DNA of 64,000 nucleotides from the human T2T-CHM13v2.0 reference genome, Homo sapiens (GCF_009914755.1 NC_060942.1); one strand, 5' to 3'; shown: positions 21,072 through 37,878, counted from the first letter of the stretch. Translations and numbers: made by a program. The notes: a model not told the origin generated them from the sequence alone.

Positions 21072-21443
<372 letters not shown>

Positions 21444-21890
21444 TGATCAGGAAAGGATCCTAACCACCAGAATGGGCAGGCAGAGTTGTAAAAAAACAGG
21501 GGATGAGAGTTTCCACCCACTACATGCGTCTCTGACATTTCTGCAGGCACCCAATCCCGGTCCCTTTGCTGTGTCTCAGACTACACATCTGATGGCGTGC
21601 CACCAAGCACCAAGAGCAAAGTTGACCCTGGACCCCATGGAGCCAATTCTCCTGCCACCCCATCAGATATCTACATTTGGTAGAGATTCCAAAATTGTGA
21701 TAGGAGACTAAGCAGTGCAATTAGCGGGGAAAGGAATGAGGAAGAAGCATGTTTTATTCACTGTTTGGGCAATCAACTAGAACTTCCTTGTAACTTGTCT
21801 GGCTGCTTCAGCTTTAGCTAGTTCACCAATATCCAGTCTGGACCTGTTATGACAGAGGCCACCTTCCTGTTCAGATTGGTGGGAATTCCA

Positions 21891-22230
<340 letters not shown>

Positions 22231-23019
22231 TGAGTTTAGTACCTTCTGATTCAAGGCAGAAGGCACTTAAGCTCAATCCTCAACAGCTTGAAATCAAAAC
22301 CAGAAACCCACTCTAAGAGGTAATCCATCTAAATGTTTGCTATGGAAAGGTAGCGGACACACAACATACAGGAGTCAATGGCCTCCCCACATTTGGGTGA
22401 GATGGGGCTCCCGGGGTGCATGCACTCCCCACACTGAGAATCTCCCCACAGGCAGATTCTGTGACCAGAACAGGAAGAATCATTGCAGAAACGGGATTTC
22501 ATGCATATCACATCTTCTACAGGTTAAAATTATTAGAAAAAAATAGCTCATCCAGATAGCAGAACCCAAGAAAGAGAAACTAGAGGGGGGGTTTGGCATG
22601 GGGGAAAAAGAGGCTTCTAGAAAGCCTGCAAGGGCAGAATGGCAGTAACAGAGACCTCGGGAAAACCAGCTAAAATCCGAGGCTTCTCTGACTAAGGCTG
22701 CAGGGAGGCGTGTCTGGAGCGCTGAAACCAGAACACTATGATGATTTCTGTGAATGTGATGCTAAGGTTGTTCGGCTAGAATTTTACGGAACACCATGGA
22801 GGAAATATTTTCAGCCTGATATCAAATCTGGGGTCCAGAGAGAAAAGTCTCAGCTTGCTCATGGAGAAGAGCTACAAGAGAAGCCCACATCTGTTTGCCA
22901 GGGTGGGAGAACCAGCAGGAGATGAAATAGAAAAGCCACAAAAGAAAAGGCATCATGGTAAAAGCAAGCCATGTTCTACTGCCCTCAGTGATGTACTGTC
23001 TGCGGTCACTTACACTCAA

Positions 23020-23105
23020 CATTGGCAGAGACCACGTGGTCCACAAAGCCTAAAATGTTTACTTGCTGGCCCTTTACAGAAAAAGTTTGCTGGCCTTGGT
23101 CTAGA
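23020..23105 (+). mobile_element. MER58-like 3' fragment
   Basis: CAGAGACCACGTGGTCCACAAAGCCTAAAATGTTTACT..CTGGCCCTTTACAGAAAAAGTTTGC. Confidence 0.6.
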
Positions 23106-23330
23106 CCCTGCCTCTGATGCTGGCCTGACCCTGGGCAGACCATATACATATATATATATACACACACACACACATACACAAGGATGGTTATTTATATAAC
23201 TCATACCGCCAATTTAACAATACTAATAGTTAACATCTAAGACTGATTGATATGTATCCTTTAAAAATTTCTGGGTGCAGTAACATGCAGATTCTTGCCC
23301 GCATAACTCCATTTTAAGAATATATACACT

Positions 23331-23627
23331 GGCTACGCATCGTAGCTCATGCCTGTAATTCCAGGAGTTTGAGAGGTTGAGGTGGGCAGATCCCTTGAGC
23401 TCAGGAGTTTGAGACCAGCCTGGGCAACATAGTGAAATACCATCTACACACACAAACACACACACAAATACAAAAATTAGTTGGACATACTGGTGCATGC
23501 CTGTAGTCCAGCTACTCAGGAGGCTGAGGTAGGAGGATCACTTGAGTCCAGGAGGTCAAGGCTGCAGTGAGCCGAGTTCACACCACTGGACTCCAGCTGG
23601 GGAGACACAGTGAGACCCTGCCTCAAA

Positions 23628-23663
<36 letters not shown>
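23331..23663 (+). mobile_element. AluJ with (TA)n(CA)n tail
   Basis: GGAGGATCACTTGAG..CAGGAGGTCAAGGCTGCAG J diagnostics. Confidence 0.88.
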
Positions 23664-23665
<2 letters not shown>

Positions 23666-23887
23666 ACAAAGACCTTAATGTATTTTCTCTGCAGAACTTG
23701 TCAGATATGCTCTCCCAGCCCTTCTTACTAAGGACAATGGGTACTTGTCCAAGCCCATCCACCATTCTGTCAGTCGCATCCTAAGAAGAGATCAGAGAAG
23801 ATTCCCTCCTAGACCACGCAAAATAGACCGATCATCTTTGGCACGTGTGGCCATGACCCACATGAGGATTTATAAGCGACCTAGTCA

Positions 23888-24113
<226 letters not shown>

Positions 24114-24358
24114 CTTAAAAGGAAAGAGAAACCAGAGTGAATTATGACTCTTGCCCAGTTTTTGGTTGAATACTGCCTGCATGCTGCTACAATGCCCCTT
24201 TTACAGAACATTGTCTAACATGTAAATATTCTGGAATAGTACCCCCAAATTCAACTTGACATGAAAACAAGAACAAAACCATTCAGTACTGATTAAATGC
24301 TTGGGTAAGATTTTTTAAAAAAATATGGAGCTGCAAACCTTTTATTTTTAAACAAGGG

Positions 24359-24690
24359 TATATATATATATGTATGTGTGTATATATATGTATATATGTA
24401 TATATATGTGTATATATATGTATATATGTATATATATGTGTATATATGTATATATGTGTATATATGTATATATGTATATATATGTATATATGTATATATG
24501 TGTATATATGTATATATGTATATATGTGTATATATGTATATATGTGTATATATGTATATATGTGTATATATGTATATATATGTGTATATATGTATATATA
24601 TGTGTATATATGTATATATGTGTATATATGTATATATGTGTATATATGTGTATATATGTATATATATGTGTATATATATGTATATATATA
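24359..24690. repeat. ~330-bp (TA)n/(TATATG/TATATATGTG)n alternating purine-pyrimidine tract
   Basis: Read directly. Confidence 0.97.
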
Positions 24691-24881
24691 TTCAAGGCAA
24701 TATTTCAAATTAGGGGGTCTCAATGAAATAAATTTAGTGGGTAACAATCAACATTAAAATAAAATGAAACAGGCTATAAAATATCAGATTACAGCACATA
24801 TAATAAGTACTGCTTGATAAAATAGTTGTATACATTCACACGTTTATTTGCATTGTGGGTGTTAGTGGAGTTGAATTTCTT

Positions 24882-25229
<348 letters not shown>

Positions 25230-25747
25230 TAAGATATCTGGTTTCTGCTAACACTAACGTCCTGAGCCTTTGTTCTGATACAACATTTTTAATATAACCT
25301 TAGATCTTCCAAGTTTACTGACTTCCCAGGAACACTCCCTAGCCTTTCTATCTTCCTAACTACCACTGCCCACTCTGTATCTGGAATTTGTGTTTGAGCA
25401 TCTACCGCATAAGATGACCCCATACAAGTGAGAAGAACAACCTTAGTTAGATTTATTTTAGGAAAATATTTACACAAATACCTCAGGTTACAGACACACA
25501 GCCTGGCATTTACATAAGCATCACAGTGCCGTGTAGTCAGTATTGTTAATGACAGCAGCTCGCATTTATTTTGTGTTAACTGCATGCCAAGCCTTGCACT
25601 AAGCACTTTATAGACATGTGCTCTTTGAAACTTCCCACACCACCATGGTGAATAACAGTATTATTGTTATTCCTACCCAGCAGAGGAGAAAAATCAAAAC
25701 ACTGGAGTGCTAAATAATTTGCACAATGATTATTAAAAATTTAAGGC

Positions 25748-26135
<388 letters not shown>

Positions 26136-26407
26136 TCAAGTAGAACTATGTAGCTGATTGCAAGTTTTGCACCAAATCTTAGATCTCTAAAATAATTTTT
26201 ACATTCACAAATGGAGAAATTTTCAAATATTTATATGAGGATTTTTACCAAGTATTATGTAAAACAGTAAAAGCCAAAAGCAAGCTGGGTTACAATTGTC
26301 GACTGTGTAAATAAATTGTGGCATCTCATATTATAGGATAATGTGCAACAATCTAGGTGATCCGAAGAGTATTTGATGACATTGCATTAATGACCTTAAG
26401 TTAATAG

Positions 26408-26734
<327 letters not shown>

Positions 26735-27132
26735 TGAGATGATGCATGCAAAATGCTCAACTCAGTACCTAGCCTGCAATAAGTATTCAATGAACATTAA
26801 CTGTTAATTTTTCATATACTTCTTGGCGATTTGTATGTTTCCTTTTGAAAAATGTCTATTCATGTCCTTTGCCCACTTTTTAATGGTATTATTATTATTT
26901 TAAAATATTGCTGGCATTCATTATTACAAAGAACAACTTAGATTCTACTGCATGATGCTGTACTGTGGCACAGTTCTAAAGAGCCCTATAGTCATGGATG
27001 CAAAGTTCCTAGCACTACTGGTCCTCAGCACCTCAGGCCATTATCTTATGGCTTCACAGAATATTCATTCCCCAAATCCATAGTCTTTACCTCTGGCCTT
27101 AGCTTTTCAGTAGCAAGCACAAGCATTCCTGG

Positions 27133-27909
27133 TGAGAGACAGGGCTAGCTGGATTTCCTAGGCCGACTATGAATCCCTAAGTCTAGCTGGGAAGGTGACT
27201 GCATCCACCTTTAAACAGGAGGCTTGCAACTGAGCTCACACCTGACCAATCAGAGAGCTCACTAAATGCTAATTAGGCAAAAACAGGAGGTAAAGAAATA
27301 GCCAATCATCTATTGCCTGATGAACTCATCTATTGCCTGATGAGGGACAAGGATCGGGATATAAACCCAGGCATTGGAGCCAGCAAGGGCAACCCCCTTT
27401 GGGTCCCCTCCTTGTATGGGAGCTCTGTTTTCACTCTATTTCACTCTATTAAATCTTGCAGCTGCACCCTTCTGGTTACCGCTAGAACTGAGCTTTCGCT
27501 CGCCGTCCACCACTGCTGTTTTGCTGCCGTCGCAGACCCGCCGCTGACTTCCATCCCTCCAATCCAGCAGGGCGCCCGCTGTGCTCCTGATCCAGGGAAG
27601 CACCCGTTGCCACTCCTGATCGCGCTAAAGGCTTGCCATTGTTCCTGCATGGCTAAGTGCCTGGTTTCGTCCTAATCAAGCTGAACACTAGTCACTGGGT
27701 TCCACGGTTCTCTTCCGTGACCCACGACTTCTAATAGAGCTATAACACTCACCGCACGGCCCAAGATTCCATTCCTTCGAATCCGTGAGGCCAAGAACCC
27801 CAGGTCAGAGAACACGAGGCTTGCCACCATCTTGGAAGTGGCCTGCCGCCATTTTGGAAGTGGCCCACCACCATCTTGGGAGCTCTCGGAGCAAGGACCC
27901 CTGGTAACA
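27133..27909 (+). mobile_element. Solo LTR17 (HERV-W LTR), full length 777 bp
   Basis: TGAGAGACAGG...GGTAACA termini, CCAAT boxes, GATATAAA TATA (~27358), ATTAAA (27448-27453). 4-bp TSD CTGG at 27129-27132 and 27910-27913. Confidence 0.93.
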
Positions 27910-28004
27910 CTGGCAGTACTTATACTTTCATTGGTTATACTTATACTTCCCCGGTTATATTTATACTTTCCTGGCAGTACGTATACTTTCATGGTTTATA
28001 CTAT
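27910..28004. repeat. Degenerate 20-bp minisatellite, ~4.5 copies
   Basis: CTGGCAGTACTTATACTTTC(A), TTGGTTATACTTATACTTCC, CCGGTTATATTTATACTTTC, CTGGCAGTACGTATACTTTC, ATGGTTTATACTAT. Confidence 0.85.
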
Positions 28005-28104
28005 TTTAAAATTATTTTTTATTAAATGGAGCCAAATTTTTTAAAAGTCATCTTTTCCACTAAATTGGCATCACCATGTTAAATCTAAATTTCCCTACTA
28101 AGTC

Positions 28105-28475
28105 TTTATTTTATTTTACTTTAAGTTCTAGGATACATGTGCAGAACATGCAGGTTTGTTACATAGGTATACATGTGCCATGGTGGTTTGCTGCACCCAT
28201 CAACCCGTCATCTAGGTTTTAAGCCCTGCATGCATTAGGTATTTGTCCTAATACTCTCCCATTCCTTGCCCCCCCCCACCCCCACCCCCAACAGGCCCCA
28301 GTGTGTGATGTTCCCCTCCCTGTGTTCATGTGTTCTCATTGTTCAGCTCCTGTTTATGAGTGAGAACATGTGGTGTTTAGTTTTCTGTTCCTGTGTTAGT
28401 TTGCTGAGAAAGATGGCTTCCAGCTTCATCCATGTCCATGGAAAGACCACGATCTCATTCTTTTTTATGGCTGCA
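28105..28475 (-). mobile_element. 5'-truncated L1PA 3' end (L1PA8-like)
   Basis: L1PA 3'UTR antisense including TCTAGGTTTTAAGCCC..GCATGCATTAGG, and an A-rich tail at ~28105-28122. Confidence 0.85.
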
Positions 28476-28756
28476 GGGATTATTTGTTTTTGAGTTGTTT
28501 GAGTTCCTTGTATATTTCTGGATACTAGTCCTTAGTTAGATGAATGGTTTGCAAATATTTTCTCCTATTCAGCAGGAAACACTGTTGATTGCTTCCCTTG
28601 CTGAGTAGAAGCTTTTTAGTTTAATATAGTCCTATTTGTCTATTTTTGTTGTTGTTGTTGCCTGTGCTTTTGAGGTCTTAGCCATAAAATCTTTGCCTAG
28701 ACCAATGTCCTAAAACATTTTCCCTATGTTTTCTTCTAGTATAAAGTTTTATTAGT

Positions 28757-29043
28757 TTTTTTTTTTTTTTTTTTTTTTGAGAGGAGGGTTTCACTCTGTC
28801 ACTCAGGCTAGGGTGTAGTAGGACAATCATAGCTCATTGCAGCATTGAACTCTTGGGCTCAAGGAATCTTCCTACCTCAGCATCCCAAGTAACTGGGACT
28901 ACCAGTGCATGCCACCATGCCTATTTTTTTTTTTTTTTTTGTAGCAATGGGATCTCACTGCATTGTCCAGACTGGTCTTGAATTCCTGGGTCAAGTGATC
29001 CTCCAGGCTTGGGCTCCCAAAGTGCTAGGATTATAGGTGTGGT
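28757..29043 (-). mobile_element. AluJ
   Basis: Diverged dimer inside the L1MA fragment. Confidence 0.85.
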
Positions 29044-29308
29044 CCCATTTAAGTCTTTAATCCATCTTGAGTTGACTTTTGTGTATGGTGAGAGACAGGG
29101 GCCCAGTTTCATTCTTTAGCATGTGGGGATTTATTTCTGGGTTCCCTATTCTGTTCCATTGGTTTATGTGTCTGTTTTTAGCCCATATTATGTTTTGGTT
29201 ACTACAGCCTTGTTATATATATATGTATCAAGGTGACTGTGAAGGTACTATATGGAAACATTTTTTATTGTTGTAAAATATATGTACATAAAATTTACCA
29301 TTTTAGCC

Positions 29309-29546
29309 ATTTTGTTTTGTTTTTCTCATTGCAGCCTCCTGGGCTCAAGCAATTCTCCCACCTCAGCCTCCTGAGTAGTTGAGACTATAGGTATAAGCCA
29401 CTACATCCGACTAATTTTTGTGTTTTTAGAAGAGACAGGGTTTTGCCATATTGCCTAGGCTGGTCTCAAACTTCTGGGCTCAAGTAATCTACCTGCCTCA
29501 GCCTCCCAAAGTGCTGGGATTACAAGCATGAGCCACCACGCCAGGC
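29309..29546 (-). mobile_element. AluJ, partial
   Basis: Diverged Alu, antisense. Confidence 0.82.
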
Positions 29547-29684
29547 TTTGTTTCTCCCTACTTTTATTTTTTTTTAATTTCTTAAAGCTGTACCATTGGA
29601 GAATTTTAACTTTTTGTTTGTTGGTTGGTTTTCTTTCTCTTATTATTGTTATTATTTTTTTGCATCTCAGATGACACAAACCAT

Positions 29685-29962
29685 TGTTTGTTTCCTGAGA
29701 CATGGTTTCACTCTGCCACCGAGGCTGCAGTGCAGTGGCATGATCCTAGCTCACTACACTCTCAAATCTGAGGGCTCCAGCAATCCTCCTACCCTGCTCC
29801 CCAGCCTCCCTAGTAACTAGGACTAGAAGCACGAGCCACCATGCCTGGCTTTTTTTTTCTTTCTTTTCTTTCTTTTTTTTTTAAAAGAGATAGGCTCTCC
29901 CTATGTTCCTCAGGCTGGTCTCAAACTCCGGGCCCCAAGCAATCCTCCCACCTCAGCTTCCT
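29685..29962 (-). mobile_element. AluJ, partial
   Basis: Diverged Alu, antisense. Confidence 0.8.
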
Positions 29963-30638
29963 TTTAGCCCTTTTCAAGTGTAGGGTTCTGTGGCATTAAG
30001 TGCATTTATACAAACATTTTGTAAGTTATCCTTTTCATCATTGCTTCCAAACTGCCAGGCATCTGGATATTAAGACTGTCTCCAGCCCTTTGAGGTTGAG
30101 AGAGGAAGCAAGCACGGAGGAATGGATTTGACAACCCACATGTCCGTGACTCAAAGCAAGCAAGGCCTTGCACAACCAACTCGCCACCCACACAATCTGC
30201 ACAGTCTCAGTGAGAAAGCAGGAGCAGGGAGCTCTCCGCTGAGAGTGAAGAAATGTCCTCAACTCAACTTCTCTGCAGTGTGCATGTGTGTGAAACGCAG
30301 ACACACACGGGAGGAATTTGGCTCTGTCATTTTAGTGTACCAAAGAAAAAAAAACAGGGAGAAATCACTTGTTTGAAGCCCTAAATGACATAAGGAAGAT
30401 TTTCCCAGATCTAAATAATGATCCCTAAGGTCAGGTGCTGTGTATGGTATGGATTTGGAAACTTCATAATGTCTCTGACCACCACTCCAGGACACTGCAG
30501 ACAGGTGTGCATTTACTCAGCATCCAGTAAACACCTGCAAGGTGCAGAGTACTACACTAGGCACAGGGAACAGAGCTACTGACTGACTGCCAGAGTTTCG
30601 AAGAATACAGATAAGTCAACTATTAAAGCTAGGAAACA

Positions 30639-31013
<375 letters not shown>

Positions 31014-31137
31014 CTATCTCCATGGCCACCATCATCTCTCCCTGGAAATGCTGCGAGATCCCTCTAACTAGACTTTCCACAATTAACTTCCACATGACCA
31101 CCAAAGGCATGCCATTCTCCTGCTTACACCCTTCCTG

Positions 31138-31641
<504 letters not shown>

Positions 31642-32252
31642 TGAGCAGGATTCTGCCCTCCTCTTCCTGCTACCACTGGCCCCCTTGAGCACCTACATTT
31701 CTGTTTCCTTCCTAACACTTATCATGATTTGTAAACATGCATTTGCTTTCATTTATCTGCCTTTCCCACCAGACCATAAACTCTACAAGAACAGATTGGT
31801 CTGTGAATACTCAGTGCCTACTACACAGTTGACACTGAAAGATCTGGGGAAAGAGCAAATCAACTTTCAATAAAGTCTTCAAGGGCTCAGAGAGTTGTCT
31901 TACACCAAAGTTCTTTACCACCTTTACACAGGTCACACCTACCACATGGTAACAGATTCACAAAGTCATTGGACTAGGGATGAAAGATTGAGGGCAATGA
32001 TGGGAGAAAACAGCAACAGTTAAGGTCAGAAGTCATACAAGATGAAACTTTTTAGGAGTCTGAGTCATTTGAGGCCATCCAAAAACCATTGTCCAAGATT
32101 TTACCATGTACGCAAAACCAAACCAGCCCTCTAGTAGGGTACTGAAGATATCAAAGGTGAGGACCAATCTTTCTTGTCCATCACTAGCACCTACCAGAGT
32201 CTGGCATATAGGAGGCTCGTTTGTTTCTGTACTTAGGAGGCTTATAGTCTAG

Positions 32253-32366
32253 ACAAGAATTGGCAAATTGCAGCCCATGGGCCAAATTCGGCCCACTACC
32301 TATTTTTTTAGATAAAGTTTTATTAGAATGCACCCTTACTCATTACTGACATACCGGCTATGGTAG
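32253..32366 (+). mobile_element. MER58-like fragment
   Basis: TTGGCAAA..CAGCCCATGGGCCAAATTCGGCCC...ATAAAGTTTTATT. Confidence 0.6.
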
Positions 32367-32548
32367 TTTTGTTTTTTGTTTTGTTTGTTTGTTTGTTTTG
32401 AGATGGAGTTTTGCTCTTGTTGCCCAGACTGGAGTTCAATGGCGCGATCTCAGCTCACTGCAACCTTCGTCTCCTGGGTTAAAGCAATTATCCTGTCTCA
32501 GCCTCCTAAGATGCTGAGATTACAGGTGTAAGCCACCACGCCTGGTCC
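32367..32548 (-). mobile_element. Alu single arm
   Basis: Right-arm-like monomer with (GTTT)n tail. Confidence 0.82.
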
Positions 32549-32850
32549 TTCATCATTTTTTTTTAATGGCTTTTAAAGTTCACAAGAAGAAAGACTATTT
32601 CCGAAATCTGTTTTTCCTCATTTTGTTTATTATTATTATTAAAGACAATGCTGTAAAATATTTAACATATCGTAATATATAATAAGTATGAATTATATTT
32701 CTATATGTTCTATGCTATACGTGTTTCTTATTATATGTTCCATACTAAATATAAATTACTACTCTAAGATGGCCCCCAGTGATCCCACCTTTTGGTGTTC
32801 ACATCTTTAATTTCCTGTGAGTGTGGCATACACATGAGGTGGTTTGCTTC

Positions 32851-33168
32851 TTTTTTCTTCCTTTTTTTTTTTTTTTTTTGGTTGTTGATTCAAGTTCTTG
32901 CTCTGTCACCTAGGCTGGAGTACACTGGGGTGATCAAGCTCACTGCAGCCTCAATCTCCCAGGCTCAAGTGATCCTCCTGCCTCAGCCTCCTAAGTAGCT
33001 GAGACTAAAGGTGTGCACCATCACACCCAGCTAATTTTTTTGGTTTTTAGTAGAGATGAGGTCTTGCTAGTTTGCTCAGGATGCTCTTGAACTCCTGAGG
33101 TCAAGCAATCCTCCCTCCTTGGCCTCACAAAATACTGGGATTACAGGCATGAGCTACCGTATCCAGCC
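32851..33168 (-). mobile_element. AluJ
   Basis: Inside the MLT1 element. Confidence 0.85.
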
Positions 33169-33208
33169 CCTTTTCCTTCTTTCTTCTTCTTCATTTTCTT
33201 TTTTTTAA

Positions 33209-33528
<320 letters not shown>

Positions 33529-34121
33529 TGAACCTTGCTTCTAACCAATAGAATATGGCGCAGGTAATGGGATGTCACTTCCATGATTAGGTTATAAAAA
33601 ACCATGACTTCTTGTTGCCAGCCAACTCTTTCCCCTTCCTTGCTTTGGTGAAGCAGCTGCCCTATGGAGAGGCTCACATGGCAAGATGTGAAGTTAGCAT
33701 TGACCAACAGCCAGCAGGGACTGGAGCCCTCAGTCCAATAGCCCTTAAGGAATGCAGTGAATTTTGCAATCACTACATGAACTTGAAAGCAGATCCTTCC
33801 TCAGTCCTGCCTTCAGATGAGACATCAGCTGGGCTGGCACCTTAATTGTAGCCTTGTGAGAAATCCTAATACGGAGAACCCAGTTAAGCTGTGCTCAGAT
33901 ACTTGATTCATGGAAACTGTGAGATAATAAATGCGGGTTGGTTTAAGCTGTTAAGTTTTGGAGTAGCTTGTTACACAGCAATCGACAACCAATACACATA
34001 CCATTAGTCACAAGCAGTAATTCTAGGGTCAGGCACTCAATGTAGCCACTATTATTTCCAAGTTATTCCAAAGAGCCCCCATCTAAAAGGTAGCAGAAAT
34101 CTTCTCTATTTTCCTAGTTAG

Positions 34122-34517
<396 letters not shown>

Positions 34518-34826
34518 TAAAGAATCTCATGAAGCAATAGTAATAAAATGTATCTAAGATCTGCATTAAATTTAAACTTTATACTGTTATAGAAACAGCG
34601 TAATTACAGTTCCCAGCAGGAACAGGATTACATTTTTTATTTCCTCCCAAGGCAGGACCTAAAAAATCTAGAAGCCTGGGATAAATAACATAAAACTAAG
34701 GTATCAACAGTATCACTGTGGTGGGGACAATTCAGCCAGGATCTTTACATATGATAGAAAAGGCTTCTCTGAGTCCACAGCTTCACCCCCTATTCCTCAG
34801 AAAATCCGCCCCAGAGCCCTTTCTCA

Positions 34827-35137
<311 letters not shown>

Positions 35138-36284
35138 CAGACTGGTTCTTGTTTCATTCTGTACAACTTCAATGCGGTCATTAGAAAAGGTACAGGGGAA
35201 ATCTCAAAACCTTGACATTTCAGAGATGAGCAGCTTTTTCATTCCCCTGGCTAAGGTTCAAAGGATTTCTTAGTCCAGCATTGCCATGGGCTCACAGCAT
35301 TTCCTAGTAATATTATATTTCTTCTTATCCATAAAAGGCAGCCCCTTCCAGGACAAAGGATTTTTCATACAGATTGTCTCATGCAATTGTCATGGAATTA
35401 TGCTGAGGCATGTCGCCAGGCAATGTCATTACCTTCTTACTAATGAAAAAACTGAGGTGGTTTCAAAGCTTGCCCAGGGTGATTTAGCTCCTAGCTATTC
35501 AGGCCCTTTCCACACATATCCCAGCTCTGTGCTCTCTGTGGTACAGTGAACGCATCGTAGATTCAGATTGGAATTCAAGCTCTGCCCAGGAAGCATCAGA
35601 GCCTGCTCTCCACTCCCAACATCACCTACTTCCCTCCCTTCCCCACACCTACTAACAACATCATTAGTCACAAGAAAACCCTAAGCAAAGGAAGAATTTG
35701 ACAAGCAAAAAATATCAAACTTTGAGGTCTACAGGCAGATCTATCCTACACCAGTGAATTCTAAAATGTAAAATGCTTCCCAATGTATGCCGCTGAAGAG
35801 TGAAGTGAGAGCAATCATTATTTCCTAGACGGTTTTTGAGCTGGGCAACCTGGGAGTCACAGAGGTGAGCAAGAACTTGGGGTGGGTGGGAGAGAGATAT
35901 TAAGGAACTAAAAAAACCTCAGAGGCAGGAAAATGCAATGGAAAGGCCCAGCACCGGCGCAGGTGGGAGATCTGGGGGAAAGAGCAGAGCTGGGGAAAGG
36001 TAGTTTTGGAGTCACCTCCAAAAGTAAGGCAGCTCATGCAGCCTTGAGAAGGCTTTATTCCAGGGAGTTAGAGGGCCCATGGAAGGTGTCTGCAAAGGAA
36101 AGAAATCTGATCTGCACAGCACTCATCTGACAGGGGGAAGGGTGACTGGGAAGGTGAGAGCCTGGGAGGGAGACTGTTCAAAAGTCACCCTGGAAACAGC
36201 ATCTCCTTGTCACAGTTTCTTCACCTGGAACACCAAGTGGTTCTACCTTATTACCTCCACCATCACACTCAGCAACAACACTCA

Positions 36285-36668
<384 letters not shown>

Positions 36669-37367
36669 TTAAAATGAAGGCAGGGTGGGGCTGCCATTCT
36701 TTTGTCTAGAAAATGAAGGAAAAAAAAAGTAAATAAAAGACTGGGGCTGGTTCCCATAGGATAAGAATGCTGTCATTTCCCCAGATGTTTATTTTGGAGA
36801 CTCGGCCTCAATCCACAATGTACTTTTATAGTAAATAATGAAAGTTACCAGGAGAAAACCCTGGTTATTTTTACGTTCAAGCGTCATCCTTAGTTGTTAG
36901 GGACAATGGCCTCATTTTTACCCCATTACTATTGACTCTATAATTAGGCTTTAAAGTTATATTCATGTTTAAATAATACAAAGTCATAGGAGCTTTATAA
37001 TTGACAGCTACCTGGAAGCAAACCCTTCAGGGTAAAATAAGTCTGTCAAGCTGAATTAATTTTAATGTTAGAAGAGTCACCAAGCTATTAATACAAAGAC
37101 TGCACTCCCGAAAGACATACAAAACATCATAGCTTTCTGGAACAAAATATAAACTTTGAAACTTTTGATCTACAGAGAGACAACTTATATTCCCCATCCA
37201 GACTCACTAGGAATGGCTTATTTGAATGAAAAGGCAGTAGAAGAGGCAGATAAGTAAATAGAAATAATAAACACATAAAATGATACAATAAAAGATTACT
37301 CTTACTAGCAATCAAAGAATGACAAGTTGATGAAAACATAGACACCATTTTATGCCTATTCAGTTGA

Positions 37368-37875
<508 letters not shown>

Positions 37876-37878
37876 TGA

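Larger units (their letters stand above)
26808..29215 (-). mobile_element. Old L1MA-like ORF2 3' fragment, split into ~26808-26893 and ~28476-29215, also interrupted by an AluJ
   Basis: ...GTCCTTTGCCCACTTTTTAATGG continues as GGGATTATTTG...GAGTTCCTTGTATA. Peptide [21 protein letters not shown] in the ORF track. Confidence 0.75.

Noticed and set aside
24283-24757. Five overlapping 110-150-aa ORFs rich in Y/I/H/T or V/Y/M/C
   Set aside because: Artefacts of the stop-free TA/TG microsatellite.
27910-28004. CRISPR-like repeat array
   Set aside because: Units are contiguous with no unique spacers, in a human intron; this is a minisatellite.
30040-30360. Possible + strand terminal exon of an ATP8B1-antisense lncRNA (pyrimidine-rich CAG near 30058, A-run near 30345)
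   Set aside because: I recall an antisense lncRNA at this gene, but its exons cannot be established from sequence alone and the signals here are weak.
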